From: Nemertoderma westbladi | Taxonomy: Eukaryota; Animalia; Xenacoelomorpha | Length of the DNA: 64,000 nucleotides | NCBI GenBank assembly: GCA_032718475.1 | Contig: JAUCBJ010000593.1 | Location: 1-64,000, forward strand | Direction: 5' to 3' | Shown: in pieces, positions 48,928-61,631 of the stretch | Layout of the letters: each line of letters opens with the position of its first letter | Numbering within the stretch: the stretch's first letter is position 1 | The notes under the pieces: generated by a model | What the model was told of the DNA's origin: nothing | The model's database searches: none | What the model saw: the letters and a program-made list of their open reading frames with translations, nothing else | Made by a program: the position numbers and the translations under genes

Positions 48928-49329
48928 GAAGTGGCTACTGACCGGACCCAATGACCGGACCATATAAATACCGTCTTGAAGCTTTATATTGGATTTATAT
49001 TTTGCTTTTGTATTAATGACCGGTCCCTTATTTCCTCAACTTTGTGACCGGACCCTCTAAATATACCGTCTTGAAGCTTTATATTTGATTTATTTTTTAA
49101 TTTTGTATTAATGAGCGGACCCTTATTACCACAATTAAGTAACCTGCATAATCTTGTAAAATATGTTAACTTTCGTTTTTTTTTGGTTCCCCCAACACGC
49201 CTCTGTAACCTGCTCCTTTACTAACCTGCTCTTTTAAATGCCAATGGGTCAGGTCGATGGGTCCGCTCAACGGGTCCGGTCAATTGAGCAATGGGTCCGG
49301 TCACGCGGTCAGTAGCAGTAGCCTTTGCC
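48928..49329. mobile_element. Mutator-like MITE between the two host genes
   Basis: 10-bp direct repeat GTAGCTTACA at 48918-48927 and 49330-49339. Imperfect TIRs GGCTACTG..GACCGGACCCA / TGGGTCCGGTC..CAGTAGCC. Multiple TGACCGGACC subterminal motifs. Confidence 0.7.
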
Positions 49330-50362
49330 GTAGCTTACACTCTTAAAAATATTTCATTTGAAATGACTCGACTCACCCATCCCTTACTGTACCCTATTTG
49401 GATTCGATTCCTTAGATCATTTCAGCTTTCAATCAAACCATACAGTACTGTATGTCAATTAATTAACCAATCCAATAATAAATCCATTATATTAGGCCTG
49501 GGGCCTGAAACTAATTAACAGTAAAAACAGGAAGTACACTGCAAGAAGTAAATTGTTTTTTAAATATCCCGCTTTTCTAAATTATATTCCGTAATTGGTT
49601 GTTACCTTTAAAGTGTAAACAAACATTCACAGCTGTGTCTGTATAGGCCTAGCCACCAACAAGGCCCTTGGACCGTAAGTACTGAAGTAGTGTACTGTGT
49701 AGAGTACTACTGTACTACAGTCTACACACACGCAGTAAGCAGTCCTGCAGTAGCCGTAGCAGCGTAGGCCGTAGGACAATTGTAACGCACAGTTTGCAGT
49801 TGGCTGTATAGGATTACCTACAGGATTAGCCTATAGCGGTATAGCAGTAAGTAAGCAGTATAGGATCAGGATATTATTAATGGCGCCTTTGCGAAATACA
49901 GAAATACATACACGAATAGGGCTGTAGGGCAATAGTTCATTCAGTTTAATTTCATTTCATTGGAATTTAAATTTGAGGTAGCCTACCGGTCAGCCGGTAA
50001 TTAACAGCAGAACAGACTAACAGCAAACAAACAAGTAATAGGCCTATCTGATTTCAGGATTTACAGATTTAGCCTTAGCCTCTGTCAAAAGACAGATAGC
50101 GTTACCTTTCAGCCCACCCCACCACCACAGCTGCACACCCCCACCACTGCTGACTGCAGCACTGGTCCACACTATTCTGATATTACAGTATTACTCTTCA
50201 ATTTATTGTAAACTTCAATCAATTTTAAATCTACATAAACCCAGTTTAACTGTTACGGTTTACGGTACTGCGATAGGCCTAATCTGGTAACCAGGTAACT
50301 GGTCATTGTCAATTCTGGAGTTTATTGTCAAATAAATTAAGTCGTCGTCAAAATATCTGAAT

Positions 50363-52156
50363 ATGTCAAATTCTGAGGCCGATGTAAAGGTTTTATACGA
50401 TCAGTGGATGGAATGGGACCGTAATGACGTCACTAGATCCAGCATGGCGGCCCTGATGAGAGACGGTAACTCTAAGGAGTTGACTCGGTTGCTAGGCAAA
50501 CGATTAGTTTTCGGTACGGCCGGACTGCGAGGTCGGATGGGACCGGGGTTCAGCCAACTCAATGACATCACCATCATACAGACGGCTCAGGGCCTCGCGA
50601 ACCACGTGGTCAGCTGCCCAGGGGGCGCCGGTAAAGGCGTTGTCATTGGTTACGACGCACGACACAACAGCCGTCGTTTCGCGGAACTTTCCGCCACAGT
50701 TCTAATAAACGCCGGAGTTAAAGTTCACCTAATGAGCGAGACGGGGCCAACCCCGTTACTCGCCTACTCCGTCACGCGATTGGCTACCCAATGCGGCGTC
50801 ATGGTAACCGCGTCGCATAACCCCAAGGAAGACAACGGTTACAAAGTTTACTGGGAGAACGGCGCCCAGATTATTTCTCCTCTCGACTCGGAGATCTCCG
50901 ACAGTATAGAAGCGAACTTAGTTCCTCTTAAATCCTCCTGGGAAACTAAAATTCTGGAAAATAACCCGCTGTTATTCGATCCTTATAAGGAGATGTTCGA
51001 TGGATATTTGTTGGACCTGCGACGGTTGAATAAACACCACGAGGCGAACCGATCCAGTCGCGTTCTCTTCGTCTACACGCCGGTCCACGGCGTCGGCTAC
51101 CAGCTGTTCCTCCGCGCGTTCCTCGAGTTCGGATTCCCCGCGTCGAACCTCATCGGAGTTCCGGAGCAGTTGCTTCCGGACCCGGAGTTTCCGACCGTCC
51201 GGTTCCCGAACCCGGAGGAGGGCGCAGAGACGTTGGATCTCGCGATCCGGACGGCGGACGCCAACGGATCCTCGGTGATCCTCGCCAACGATCCTGACGC
51301 CGACCGCCTCGCCGTCGCCGAAGCCGACCGGAACCGGAAGTGGCGAGTGTTCACCGGCAACGAGTTGGGAGCGCTCATTGGTTGGTGGTGTCTGCGTTGC
51401 TACGCTACCGACAGCCAATCGGAAGCCTCGAATAAGTACTTTTTATACTCGACTGTTTCGTCTCGGATTCTCCGGACGATGGCGGAGTCGGAAGGTTTCC
51501 GGTCGGAAGAGACTCTGACGGGGTTTAAATGGATGGGGAACCGCGCGGTGGCCCTGGGGTTGGAGGGCCGGGAGACGTTGTTCGCGTTCGAGGAGGCCAT
51601 CGGGTTCATGGTGGGGACCACGGTGGTCGACAAGGACGGCGTGTCGGCCGGAGTCGTGGTCGCCGAGATGATGAACCGTCTCTACGCGACGGGGACCACG
51701 GTCGCCCAGCAACTAGACGCCATCTACCGGCAGTACGGAGAACACGTCTCCTACAACTCCTACTACTTGTGTTACCAGTCGGAGGTTACCGACCGGATCT
51801 TCCGACGTGTCCGGAACTACTCCGGGACCCCGGGCGGCTACCCGTCCGAGTTTGCCGGCGTCCGGGTGTCCGATGTCCGGGACCTAACGACCGGCTACGA
51901 TTCCTCCCAACCCGACGGGAAGGCCGTCCTCCCCGTCTCCAACTCCTCCCATATGATCACCTTTAGTTTCTCCAACGGGGTCGTTCTAACTCTGCGGACC
52001 AGCGGAACCGAACCCAAGATTAAGTTCTACAGCGAGATGGTTACTAAGGACGTTGCTAGAGAGCTGGTTGTCGGGCAACTCACGGAGTTTGTTGAGTTGG
52101 TAGTTAAGGATTTATTGGAACCGCTAAAGAACAATCTTATCGCGCAGGTTAAGTAG
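50363..52156 (+). CDS. PGM2: Phosphoglucomutase-2 / phosphopentomutase family alpha-D-phosphohexomutase (597 aa, no intron in CDS)
   Basis: FGTAGLRG, TASHNP (phosphoserine loop), DPDADR (metal loop), FEEAIG and RTSGTEPKIK; N-terminal W..WD.N..T as in eukaryotic PGM2. Confidence 0.93.
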   Translation: MSNSEADVKVLYDQWMEWDRNDVTRSSMAALMRDGNSKELTRLLGKRLVFGTAGLRGRMGPGFSQLNDITIIQTAQGLANHVVSCPGGAGKGVVIGYDARHNSRRFAELSATVLINAGVKVHLMSETGPTPLLAYSVTRLATQCGVMVTASHNPKEDNGYKVYWENGAQIISPLDSEISDSIEANLVPLKSSWETKILENNPLLFDPYKEMFDGYLLDLRRLNKHHEANRSSRVLFVYTPVHGVGYQLFLRAFLEFGFPASNLIGVPEQLLPDPEFPTVRFPNPEEGAETLDLAIRTADANGSSVILANDPDADRLAVAEADRNRKWRVFTGNELGALIGWWCLRCYATDSQSEASNKYFLYSTVSSRILRTMAESEGFRSEETLTGFKWMGNRAVALGLEGRETLFAFEEAIGFMVGTTVVDKDGVSAGVVVAEMMNRLYATGTTVAQQLDAIYRQYGEHVSYNSYYLCYQSEVTDRIFRRVRNYSGTPGGYPSEFAGVRVSDVRDLTTGYDSSQPDGKAVLPVSNSSHMITFSFSNGVVLTLRTSGTEPKIKFYSEMVTKDVARELVVGQLTEFVELVVKDLLEPLKNNLIAQVK

Positions 52157-52796
52157 AGGCTGCTGGTGCAGCTCGAGGTAAATATAATAAATACCCAGGG
52201 ATATATAGTAGAAACACATTCACTGAGTTTAATTGGATTGGATGAGTCCAAAAAGTAATGGGAATCTTTTGGCGAATGTTTTCTTTAAGTAACTAATTTT
52301 ATGGATACAGACATCGCACTCCGGCACTCCGGGTAAGTTAATTATGTAAAAAACATTTGGAACAAAAAGAAACAGACAAAATATATTAAACAACTGGATT
52401 TTGGGAAAGTATATGTTTGATTTGTAATATATCTTTATTATCCCATAACGATGGTTTAAAAACGTTTATAAATAAATACAATATGTAAATGCCGCGCAAT
52501 TTAAATAAAATATAAGATTAGGCTTTAAAATAAATGATATGAGGCCAATAAAATATGAGTCCCTGGTATTAGAAACTTTCTGGAGAGCTAATCCAAAGCC
52601 TGGAGGTAGAAGGCCAAGCTAATTCCAGAACTTTGAGCCGGTATTTCGGAGCAGGCCGCTGCTTCACACGCGGGCTGTCCACTCCAGATAAACTACAGAT
52701 ACAGTTAGTAGTTGGTCGCCGGAACTTAGTGTTTCCTCACAGTTTATGGTGGTGGCCATTCGAGATAAATTGTGCCCCGGCCCGGCGCCTTTGTTT

Positions 52797-53210
52797 TCAC
52801 AAATCTCGTAAGTTTATCTCTGTTGAAGCTTCATCAGGGTTATCAATAACATCTAGCAATCTGGTTGTAGAATCGTACTTACTTACGCCGTACCAGATTT
52901 TATAGAAAAATTCACGGATTTTAATTACGTGTGGTGGATGTGGCAGATTGGCGTTGGAGAACACGCTACATCCGTAGGTAGTGGCCGGGAGGCCCACAAG
53001 CGACCACAGTTTATGTGCGGGGTCAAAAGAAATGGCCGTCATCTAAACCTTGGAAGCAATCCTCATGCACGGGGCATTGCCACGGTTGTAGAGATGAGGA
53101 GACAGTCTGCCTCCTCGACGGAAATTCATAACCTTGGATTCTCTCGGGTTAACTGTAAGGCAGTTCTCTTCACAATATGTCGATAAATCATTTAACGCGT
53201 TTTGTTGGAT
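52797..53210 (-). pseudogene. Decayed non-LTR retrotransposon RT C-terminal fragment
   Basis: QQNALNDLSTYCEENCLTVNPRESKVMNFRRGG followed by LWSLVGLPATTYGCSVF, typical post-catalytic LINE RT motifs. Confidence 0.65.
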
Positions 53211-53344
53211 CTGTGACGTATAAACCGATGCATATTTTCGCTTTGCAATCTTTAGCTGGCGTTGAAGTAGGAAGCCACGGTTTTGAACTGCGCTTAGGTT
53301 TGTGAACTGCGGAATCCGTGTGAATGTATCTTGGTGTAATGATA

Positions 53345-56300
53345 ATGGTGTACTGATTGAGTTGTACCTGAATAAAGACACTATATTCCAGGACATGGTG
53401 TACTGATTGAGTTGTACCTGAATAAAGACACTATATTCCAGGACATGGTGTACTGATTGAGTTGTACCTGAATAACGACACTATATTCCAGGACATGGTG
53501 TACTGATTGAGTTGTACCTGAATAAAGACACTATATTCCAGGACATGGTGTACTGACTGATTGAGTTGTACCTGAATAAAGACACTATATTCCAGGACAT
53601 GGTGTACTGATTGAGTTGTACCTGAATAAAGACACTATATTCCAGGACATGGTGTACTGATTGAGTTGTACCTGAATAACGACACTATATTCCAGGACAT
53701 GGTGTACTGATTGAGTTGTACCTGAATAAAGACACTATATTCCAGGACATGGTGTACTGACTGATTGAGTTGTACCTGAATAAAGACACTATATTCCAGG
53801 ACATGGTGTACTGATTGAGTTGTACCTGAATAAAGACACTATATTCCAGGACATGGTGTACTGATTGAGTTGTACCTGAATAAAGACATTATATTCCAGG
53901 ACATGGTGTACTGATTGAGTTGTACCTGAATAAAGACACTATATTCCAGGACATGGTGTACTGACTGATTGAGTTGTACCTGAATAAAGACACTATATTC
54001 CAGGACATGGTGTACTGATTGAGTTGTACCTGAATAAAGACACTATATTCCAGGACATGGTGTACTGATTGAGTTGTACCTGAATAAAGACACTATATTC
54101 CAGGACATGGTGTACTGATTGAGTTGTACCTGAATAAAGACACTATATTCCAGGACATGGTGTACTGATTGAGTTGTACCTGAATAAAGACACTATATTC
54201 CAGGACATGGTGTACTGATTGAGTTGTACCTGAATAAAGACACTATATTCCAGGACATGGTGTACTGATTGAGTTGTACCTGAATAAAGACATTATATTC
54301 CAGGACATGGTGTACTGATTGAGTTGTACCTGAATAAAGACACTATATTCCAGGACATGGTGTACTGATTGAGTTGTACCTGAATAAAGACACTATATTC
54401 CAGGACATGGTGTACTGATTGAGTTGTACCTGAATAAAGACACTATATTCCAGGACATGGTGTACTGATTGAGTTGTACCTGAATAAAGACACTATATTC
54501 CAGGACATGGTGTACTGACTGATTGAGTTGTACCTGAATAAAGACACTATATTCCAGGACATGGTGTACTGATTGAGTTGTACCTGAATAAAGACACTAT
54601 ATTCCAGGACATGGTGTACTGACTGATTGAGTTGTACCTGAATAAAGACACTATATTCCAGGACATGGTGTACTGATTGAGTTGTACCTGAATAAAGACA
54701 CTATATTCCAGGACATGGTGTACTGATTGAGTTGTACCTGAATAAAGACACTATATTCCAGGACATGGTGTACTGATTGAGTTGTACCTGAATAAAGACA
54801 TTATATTCCAGGACATGGTGTACTGATTGAGTTGTACCTGAATAAAGACACTATATTCCAGGACATGGTGTACTGACTGATTGAGTTGTACCTGAATAAA
54901 GACACTATATTCCAGGACATGGTGTACTCACTGATTGAGTTGTACCTGAATAAAGACACTATATTCCAGGACATGGTGTACTGATTGAGTTGTACCTGAA
55001 TAAAGACACTATATTCCAGGACATGGTGTACTGACTGATTGAGTTGTACCTGAATAAAGACACTATATTCCAGGACATGGTGTACTGATTGAGTTGTACC
55101 TGAATAAAGACACTATATTCCAGGACATGGTGTACTGATTGAATTGTACCTGAATAAAGACACTATATTCCAGGACATGGTGTACTGATTGAGTTGTACC
55201 TGAATAAAGACACTATATTCCAGGACATGGTGTACTGACTGATTGAGTTGTACCTGAATAAAGACACTATATTCCAGGACATGGTGTACTGACTGATTGA
55301 GTTGTACCTGAATAAAGACACTATATTCCAGGACATGGTGTACTGATTGAGTTGTACCTGAATAAAGACACTATATTCCAGGACATATGGTGTACTCACT
55401 GATTGAGTTGTACCTGAATAAAGACACTATATTCCAGGACATGGTGTACTGATTGAGTTGTACCTGAATAAAGACACTATATTCCAGGACATGGTGTACT
55501 GACTGATTGAGTTGTACCTGAATAAAGACACTATATTCCAGGACATGGTGTACTGATTGAGTTGTACCTGAATAAAGACACTATATTCCAGGACATGGTG
55601 TACTGATTGAATTGTACCTGAATAAAGACACTATATTCCAGGACATGGTGTACTGATTGAGTTGTACCTGAATAAAGACACTATATTCCAGGACATGGTG
55701 TACTGACTGATTGAGTTGTACCTGAATAAAGACACTATATTCCAGGACATGGTGTACTGATTGAGTTGTACCTGAATAAAGACACTATATTCCAGGACAT
55801 ATGGTGTACTCACTGATTGAGTTGTACCTGAATAAAGACACTATATTCCAGGACATGGTGTACTGATTGAGTTGTACCTGAATAAAGACACTATATTCCA
55901 GGACATGGTGTACTGACTGATTGAGTTGTACCTGAATAAAGACACTATATTCCAGGACATGGTGTACTGATTGAATTGTACCTGAATAAAGACACTATAT
56001 TCCAGGACATGGTGTACTGACTGATTGAGTTGTACCTGAATAAAGACACTATATTCCAGGACATGGTGTACTGATTGAGTTGTACCTGAATAAAGACACT
56101 ATATTCCAGGACATGGTGTACTGATTGAGTTGTACCTGAATAAAGACACTATATTCCAGGACATGGTGTACTGATTGAGTTGTACCTGAATAAAGACACT
56201 ATATTCCAGGACATGGTGTACTGATTGAGTTGTACCTGAATAAAGACACTATATTCCAGGACATGGTGTACTGATTGAGTTGTACCTGAATAAAGACACC

Positions 56301-56733
56301 ATATTCCAGGACATGGTGTACTGATTGAGTTGTACCTGAATAAAGACACCATATTCCAGGACATGGTGTACTGATTGAGTTGTACCTGAATAAAGACACT
56401 ATATTCCAGGACATGGTGTACTGATTGAGTTGTACCTGAATAAAGACACTATATTCCAGGACATGGTGTACTGATTGAGTTGTACCTGAATAAAGACACT
56501 ATATTCCAGGACATGGTGTACTGATTGAGTTGTACCTGAATAAAGACACTATATTCCAGGACATGGTGTACTGATTGAGTTGTACCTGAATAAAGACACT
56601 ATATTCCAGGACATGGTGTACTGATTGAGTTGTACCTGAATAAAGACACTATATTCCAGGACATGGTGTACTGATTGAGTTGTACCTGAATAAAGACACT
56701 ATATTCCAGGACATGGTGTACTGATTGAGTTGT
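53345..56733. repeat. Highly homogeneous satellite, 50-bp unit ATGGTGTACTGATTGAGTTGTACCTGAATAAAGACACTATATTCCAGGAC (54-bp ACTG-insertion variant)
   Basis: About 66 near-identical tandem copies. Confidence 0.98.
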
Positions 56734-57082
56734 TATTCGGCTGGTATTGTTTTGGTTGAAGGATAATCTTAATGGTTTGTAGTGAATGTCAATATATTTT
56801 ATTTATCCATATGAAATGCTGTGTATCTTGGAATGCGAATTACTGGTCAAGCATTATAATCGAAATTATGCAACGCATAACTGCCCTCTAATCGTATTAG
56901 CCTGAACTATTGTGCGAACGTTTTATATACGAATGTTCAGTACTTCGGAAGTTTTTTGTTTTCTACCAGTTTCATAATAAAAACTAAATTGATTGTTGGT
57001 ACGAGTCGTATATGTTTGGTTATTGTGTGTATTTATTTTTAATTTATTCAGGGAGTGAATGGGAAGTGAACTGTGGTATACA

Positions 57083-57310
57083 GACCGTTACAGACCATTA
57101 CTGCCACACCGTTACAGGACCGTTACAGCCACACCGTTACAGGACCGTTACAGCCACACCGTTACAGGACCGTTACAGCCACACCGTTACAGGACCGTTA
57201 CAGCCACACCGTTACAGGACCGTTACAGCCACACCGTTACAGGACCGTTACAGCCACACCGTTACAGGACCGTTACAGCCACACCGTTACAGGACCGTTA
57301 CAGCCACACC
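57083..57310. repeat. Minisatellite, 25-bp unit ACCGTTACAGGACCGTTACAGCCAC
   Basis: About 8-9 copies. Confidence 0.95.
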
Positions 57311-57747
57311 CTTAATTAATTAATTATAGTAAGGTGTTTACTTTGTAAAGTCGCTTTGTGATTCAATTCTACTGTTGTAGGTGATAGCCCTCGAGTCTCA
57401 TCTACCCTGTTGTACTTCAGTAGATTGTAGAGCTTAAAACTCATTCGGTGCTAAATTTACAATCTCGTGTTGGTGACGTTCTGGTCTGTAGTGCCGATGG
57501 TTTCCTTTTATTGACAAATTATATCGGAATTTGTAATTTTTTTCAGTGATTTCTGTGCTTTTTATCACTTTGATTTTAGTCTATTTATTTATTTAAACAA
57601 ATATTTCTTGTAATATTTACTTGTAAATTATGTTTTGTACATTAATATTATATGTTCAGATTAATTTATTTTAAACAATTATAAATAATTTGTTTGTTCA
57701 AATAATCTTAATATTTGAATAAGGTTTCCGTTCTGTAGATTTACATA

Positions 57748-58153
57748 ATTTGAGTTAACTCACAATCAATTGAGTAAACTCACAATCAATTGAGTTATCT
57801 CACAATCAATTGAGTTAACTCACAATCAATTGAGTTAACTCACAATCAATTGAGTTAACTAACAATCAATTGAGTTAACTCACAATCAATTGAGTTATCT
57901 CACAATCAATTGAGTAAACTCACAATCAATTGAGTTAACTCACAATCAATTGAGTTAACTCACAATCAATTGAGTAAACTCACAATCAATTGAGTTAACT
58001 CACAATCAATTGAGTTAACTAACAATCAATTGAGTTAACTCACAATCAATTGAGTAAACTCACAATCAATTGAGTTAACTCACAATCAATTGAGTTAACT
58101 AACAATCAATTGAGTTAACTCACAACCAATTGAGTTAACTCACAATCAATTGA
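57748..58153. repeat. Minisatellite, 20-bp unit TGAGTTAACTCACAATCAAT
   Basis: About 20 copies, most containing the 12-bp palindrome TGAGTTAACTCA. Confidence 0.95.
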
Positions 58154-58185
58154 ATTTAATTCCAAATTAACTTGTCCAAATCATT

Positions 58186-59575
58186 TTATTAACAACTGTT
58201 AAATCCTTGTGGTTATTATTAACAACTGTTAAATCCTTGTGGTTATTATTAACAACTGTTAAGTCCTTGCGGTTATTATTAACAACTGTTAACTCCTTGT
58301 GGTTATTATTAACAACTGTTAAATCCTTGTGGTTATTATTAACAACTGTTAATTCCTTGTGGTTATTATTAACAACTGATAAATCCTTGTGGTTATTATT
58401 AACAACTGTTAAATCCTTGTGGTTATTATTAACAACTGTTAAATCCTTGTGGTTATTATTAACAACTGTTAAATCCTTGTGGTTATTATTAACAACTGTT
58501 AAATCCTTGTGGTTATTATTAACAACTGTTAAATCCTTGTGGTTATTATTAACAACTGTTAAATCCTTGTGGTTATTATTAACAACTGTTAAATCCTTGT
58601 GGTTATTATCAACAACTGTTAAGTCCTTGTGGTTATTATTAACAACTGTTAAATCCTTGTGGTTATTATTAACAACTGTTAAATCCTTGTGGTTATTATT
58701 AACAACTGTTAAATCCTTGTGGTTATTATCAACAACTGTTAAGTCCTTGTGGTTATTATTAACAACTGTTAAATCCTTGTGGTTATTATTAACAACTGTT
58801 AAATCCTTGTGGTTATTATTAACAACTGTTAAATCCTTGTGGTTATTATTAACAACTGTTAAATCCTTGTGGTTATTATTAACAACTGTTAAATCCTTGT
58901 GGATATTATTAACAACTGTTAAATCCTTGTGGTTATTATTAACAACTGTTAAGTCCTTGTGGTTATTATTAACAACTGTTAAATCCTTGTGGTTATTATT
59001 AACAACTGTTAAATCCTTGTGGTTATTATTAACAACTGTTAAATCCTTGTGGTTATTATTAACAACTGTTAAATCCTTGTGGATATTATTAACAACTGTT
59101 AAATCCTTGTGGTTATTATTAACAACTGTTAAGTCCTTGTGGTTATTATTAACAACTGTTAAATCCTTGTGGTTATTATTAACAACTGTTAAATCCTTGT
59201 GGTTATTATTAACAACTGTTAAATCCTTGTGGTTATTATTAACAACTGTTAAATCCTTGTGGTTATTATTAACAACTGTTAAGTCCTTGCGGTTATTATT
59301 AACAACTGTTAACTCCTTGTGGTTATTATTAACAACTGTTAAATCCTTGTGGTTATTATTAACAACTGTTAAATCCTTGTGGTTATTATCAACAACTGTT
59401 AAATCCTTGTGGTTATTATTAACAACTGTTAAATCCTTGTGGTTATTATTAACAACTGTTAAATCCTTGTGGTTATTATTAACAACTGTTAAATCCTTGT
59501 GGTTATTATTAACAACTGTTAAATCCTTGTGGTTATTATTAACAACTGTTAAATCCTTGTGGTTATTATTAACAA
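58186..59575. repeat. Satellite, 30-bp unit TTATTATTAACAACTGTTAAATCCTTGTGG
   Basis: About 46 copies; explains the spurious (LWLLLTTVKS)n ORF. Confidence 0.97.
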
Positions 59576-59722
59576 GATTTTATCATTACTTATTTTACTC
59601 ATTCCTAATATATAGATTTTAATAATTAGTATTGAATATGAATATGAATATGAAAATGAATAACGATTATCTTTTATATTATACTGTGGTGTATACTCGG
59701 TGGAGTAAAGTAAAAAGTACTA

Positions 59723-59799
59723 TTTTCTTTGGCCGTTAGGCCAGTGATTACATTACGCACAAAGTCTGACGACTTATTTCCATTGCGGTCCCCCAGAAC
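59723..59799 (+). repeat. Dispersed ~77-bp repeat, copy 2
   Basis: Matches 9000..9072 with a 5-bp ATTAC duplication. Confidence 0.85.
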
Positions 59800-59839
59800 T
59801 TTACTCGGGACCCCTATTTCAGCGAAAAGTCATTCCACG

Positions 59840-61170
59840 AAAATCATGTGCTACCTCTGATCTAGTTGGGATTGGCTGGGATGATACTCTGCCTCATAAA
59901 TTTTACCCCGAATGGGAAAAATGGCTTAGAATGGCTTAGAATGGATTAGAAATGGCTTAGAATGGCTTAGAAATGACTTAGATACATTGAATATGTTAAC
60001 TATTCCTAGGAGTTTTCCACCTGTTGGTTTTGGGGATCCCTGCATCCAAGAGCTGCATGTATTTGCTGGTGATTCTGATGGTGGAATAGGAGGAGTAATA
60101 TATTGGAGATCTGTTAACATAAGTGGACAAAGTTCTGTAGGGTTCGTGGAGGGAAGTTCAAAGTTAGCTCCTCATGCTCGCACCTCAGTTCCCAGATTAG
60201 AACTCTGCGCAGCTGTGGACATTGCTTCACTTGCTGCTGAAGTTTATAATGCATTCAAACATAAACCAAGTGAAGTTATATTTTATTCGGATAGCTCTAT
60301 AGATATGGATAGATATTGGGCTGTTGTGTTTGTCTGTTTGGTATCTCATGTCATACCCATTGAACTATTACCTTCACTAGATACTGTTGCCTTCGGCGCT
60401 TTCTTGCAATTCGTGGGCATTGCCAACATTTTCGAAGTGATCAAGGATCCAATTTTATTGGTAGCTACAATCAAGACAATAAGGAATTGTTGAATCTAGC
60501 TGAGGTTAATAACTATATCAACTCTAAAGGTATCAATTGGACGTTCAATCCACCTCATGGCTCCCACTTCGGTGGTCTCTGGTAGAGAAACATTGGGTCT
60601 ATTCGCAGGATCCTCAATGGCACTCTTCTCCTTCTTGGACCTGGAGGGGTTTCTCGTGACGAACTAAATACATATTTGTTGGAAGTATTTGCCTATAATT
60701 AATGCAACTCCACTTTGGGAAGTATCAGGAGACCCAAATGACCCTCGCCTCTTATCTCCATCCATGTTATTACTGGGAATCAGAATCTTCATCCACCTCC
60801 CATTGGCGAATTCACTGAAGACGATATTATTGCATATGGAAAGCGTAGATATCATCGTGTTCAATGTCATGCTAAACAATTCTGGTCTAGATGGCGAATT
60901 TCCAATCTCCAGATAATGCAAGTTCGTTCCAAGTGGTTGAAAGAAAATGAAAACTTCAAGGTTGGAGATCTTGTGTTGATTCGGGAAAAAGGGGTCCAAC
61001 GTAATGACTGGCCTTTTGGTCGCGTCATCAGTATTAAACTTAGTGCAGATGATCTAGTTCGTTCATGCTCTGTCAGAGTGCCAAAATGTTGCAAAGATGG
61101 TGGCACTAATCCAAAGGTCAAACTACATGACTGACTATGACCGACTTATCCATGAACTTGTGTTGTTATC
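59840..61170 (+). pseudogene. pol: Decayed BEL/Pao pol fragment (RNase H/A17 region and integrase)
   Basis: GIGWDDTLP..EWEKW, SKLAP..SVPRLELCAAV, FYSDS, RRFLAIRG..RSDQGSNF, WTFNPPHGSHFGGLW*R, KVGDLVLIRE..WPFGRV..VRS. Has frameshifts, stops, internal deletions and an (AATGGCTTAG)n expansion at ~59920-59981. Confidence 0.9.
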
Positions 61171-61357
61171 CCGCCCCCGCCCTGACTGGTGGCAATGACA
61201 AAACCTGAATAAAAGTAAATCTTGTTACTGAACAGATAATGTTATTGAGAAACAAACAAACTTAAGTTTTTGTCCCATTGGCATCTCGCCTTGTTGGATA
61301 TATTTTTTTATATTTTTATTGTGCAATTTATTTTTATGCTTGCTTTGATTTCCATCA

Positions 61358-61452
61358 TACACCCAGAGAAGTGGCAAACCCTCCGGTCCATCTCGCTGTC
61401 GAGGTACACCCAGATAAGTGGCAAACCCTCCGGTCCATCTCGCTGTCGAGGA
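61358..61452. repeat. ~48-bp tandem duplication (TACACCCAGA.AAGTGGCAAACCCTCCGGTCCATCTCGCTGTCGAGG, 2 copies)
   Basis: Two adjacent near-identical copies. Confidence 0.85.
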
Positions 61453-61631
61453 GTCACAAAGTGGCGTCGTTGACATAGCTCGGTACACTATCAACTAACA
61501 GATTGAAAGGGACATTTCCCAGATAATGTGAGCTGGATTCAATTTGGAGCTCAGAACCTCTAGGGAAATGTTTCCTTTTCTATTGATATTCAGGTAATAA
61601 ATCATCGTAATAAACTCTATCTCTGGTGCTT

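Noticed and set aside
50972-51966. ORFs overlapping PGM2, and antisense ORFs within gag (e.g. 20918..21325)
   Set aside because: Shadow ORFs caused by high GC3 or low-complexity codons of the real CDS.
47102-52156. Bacterial horizontal transfer or contamination as the origin of the intronless genes
   Set aside because: The proteins resemble animal PM20D2 and PGM2, there is no operon or Shine-Dalgarno layout, and the flanks are continuous eukaryotic repeats. A phylogeny would be needed to exclude it fully.
58207-59622. 471-aa (LWLLLTTVKS)n ORF
   Set aside because: In-frame translation of a 30-bp satellite with a TTG start and no unique coding sequence.
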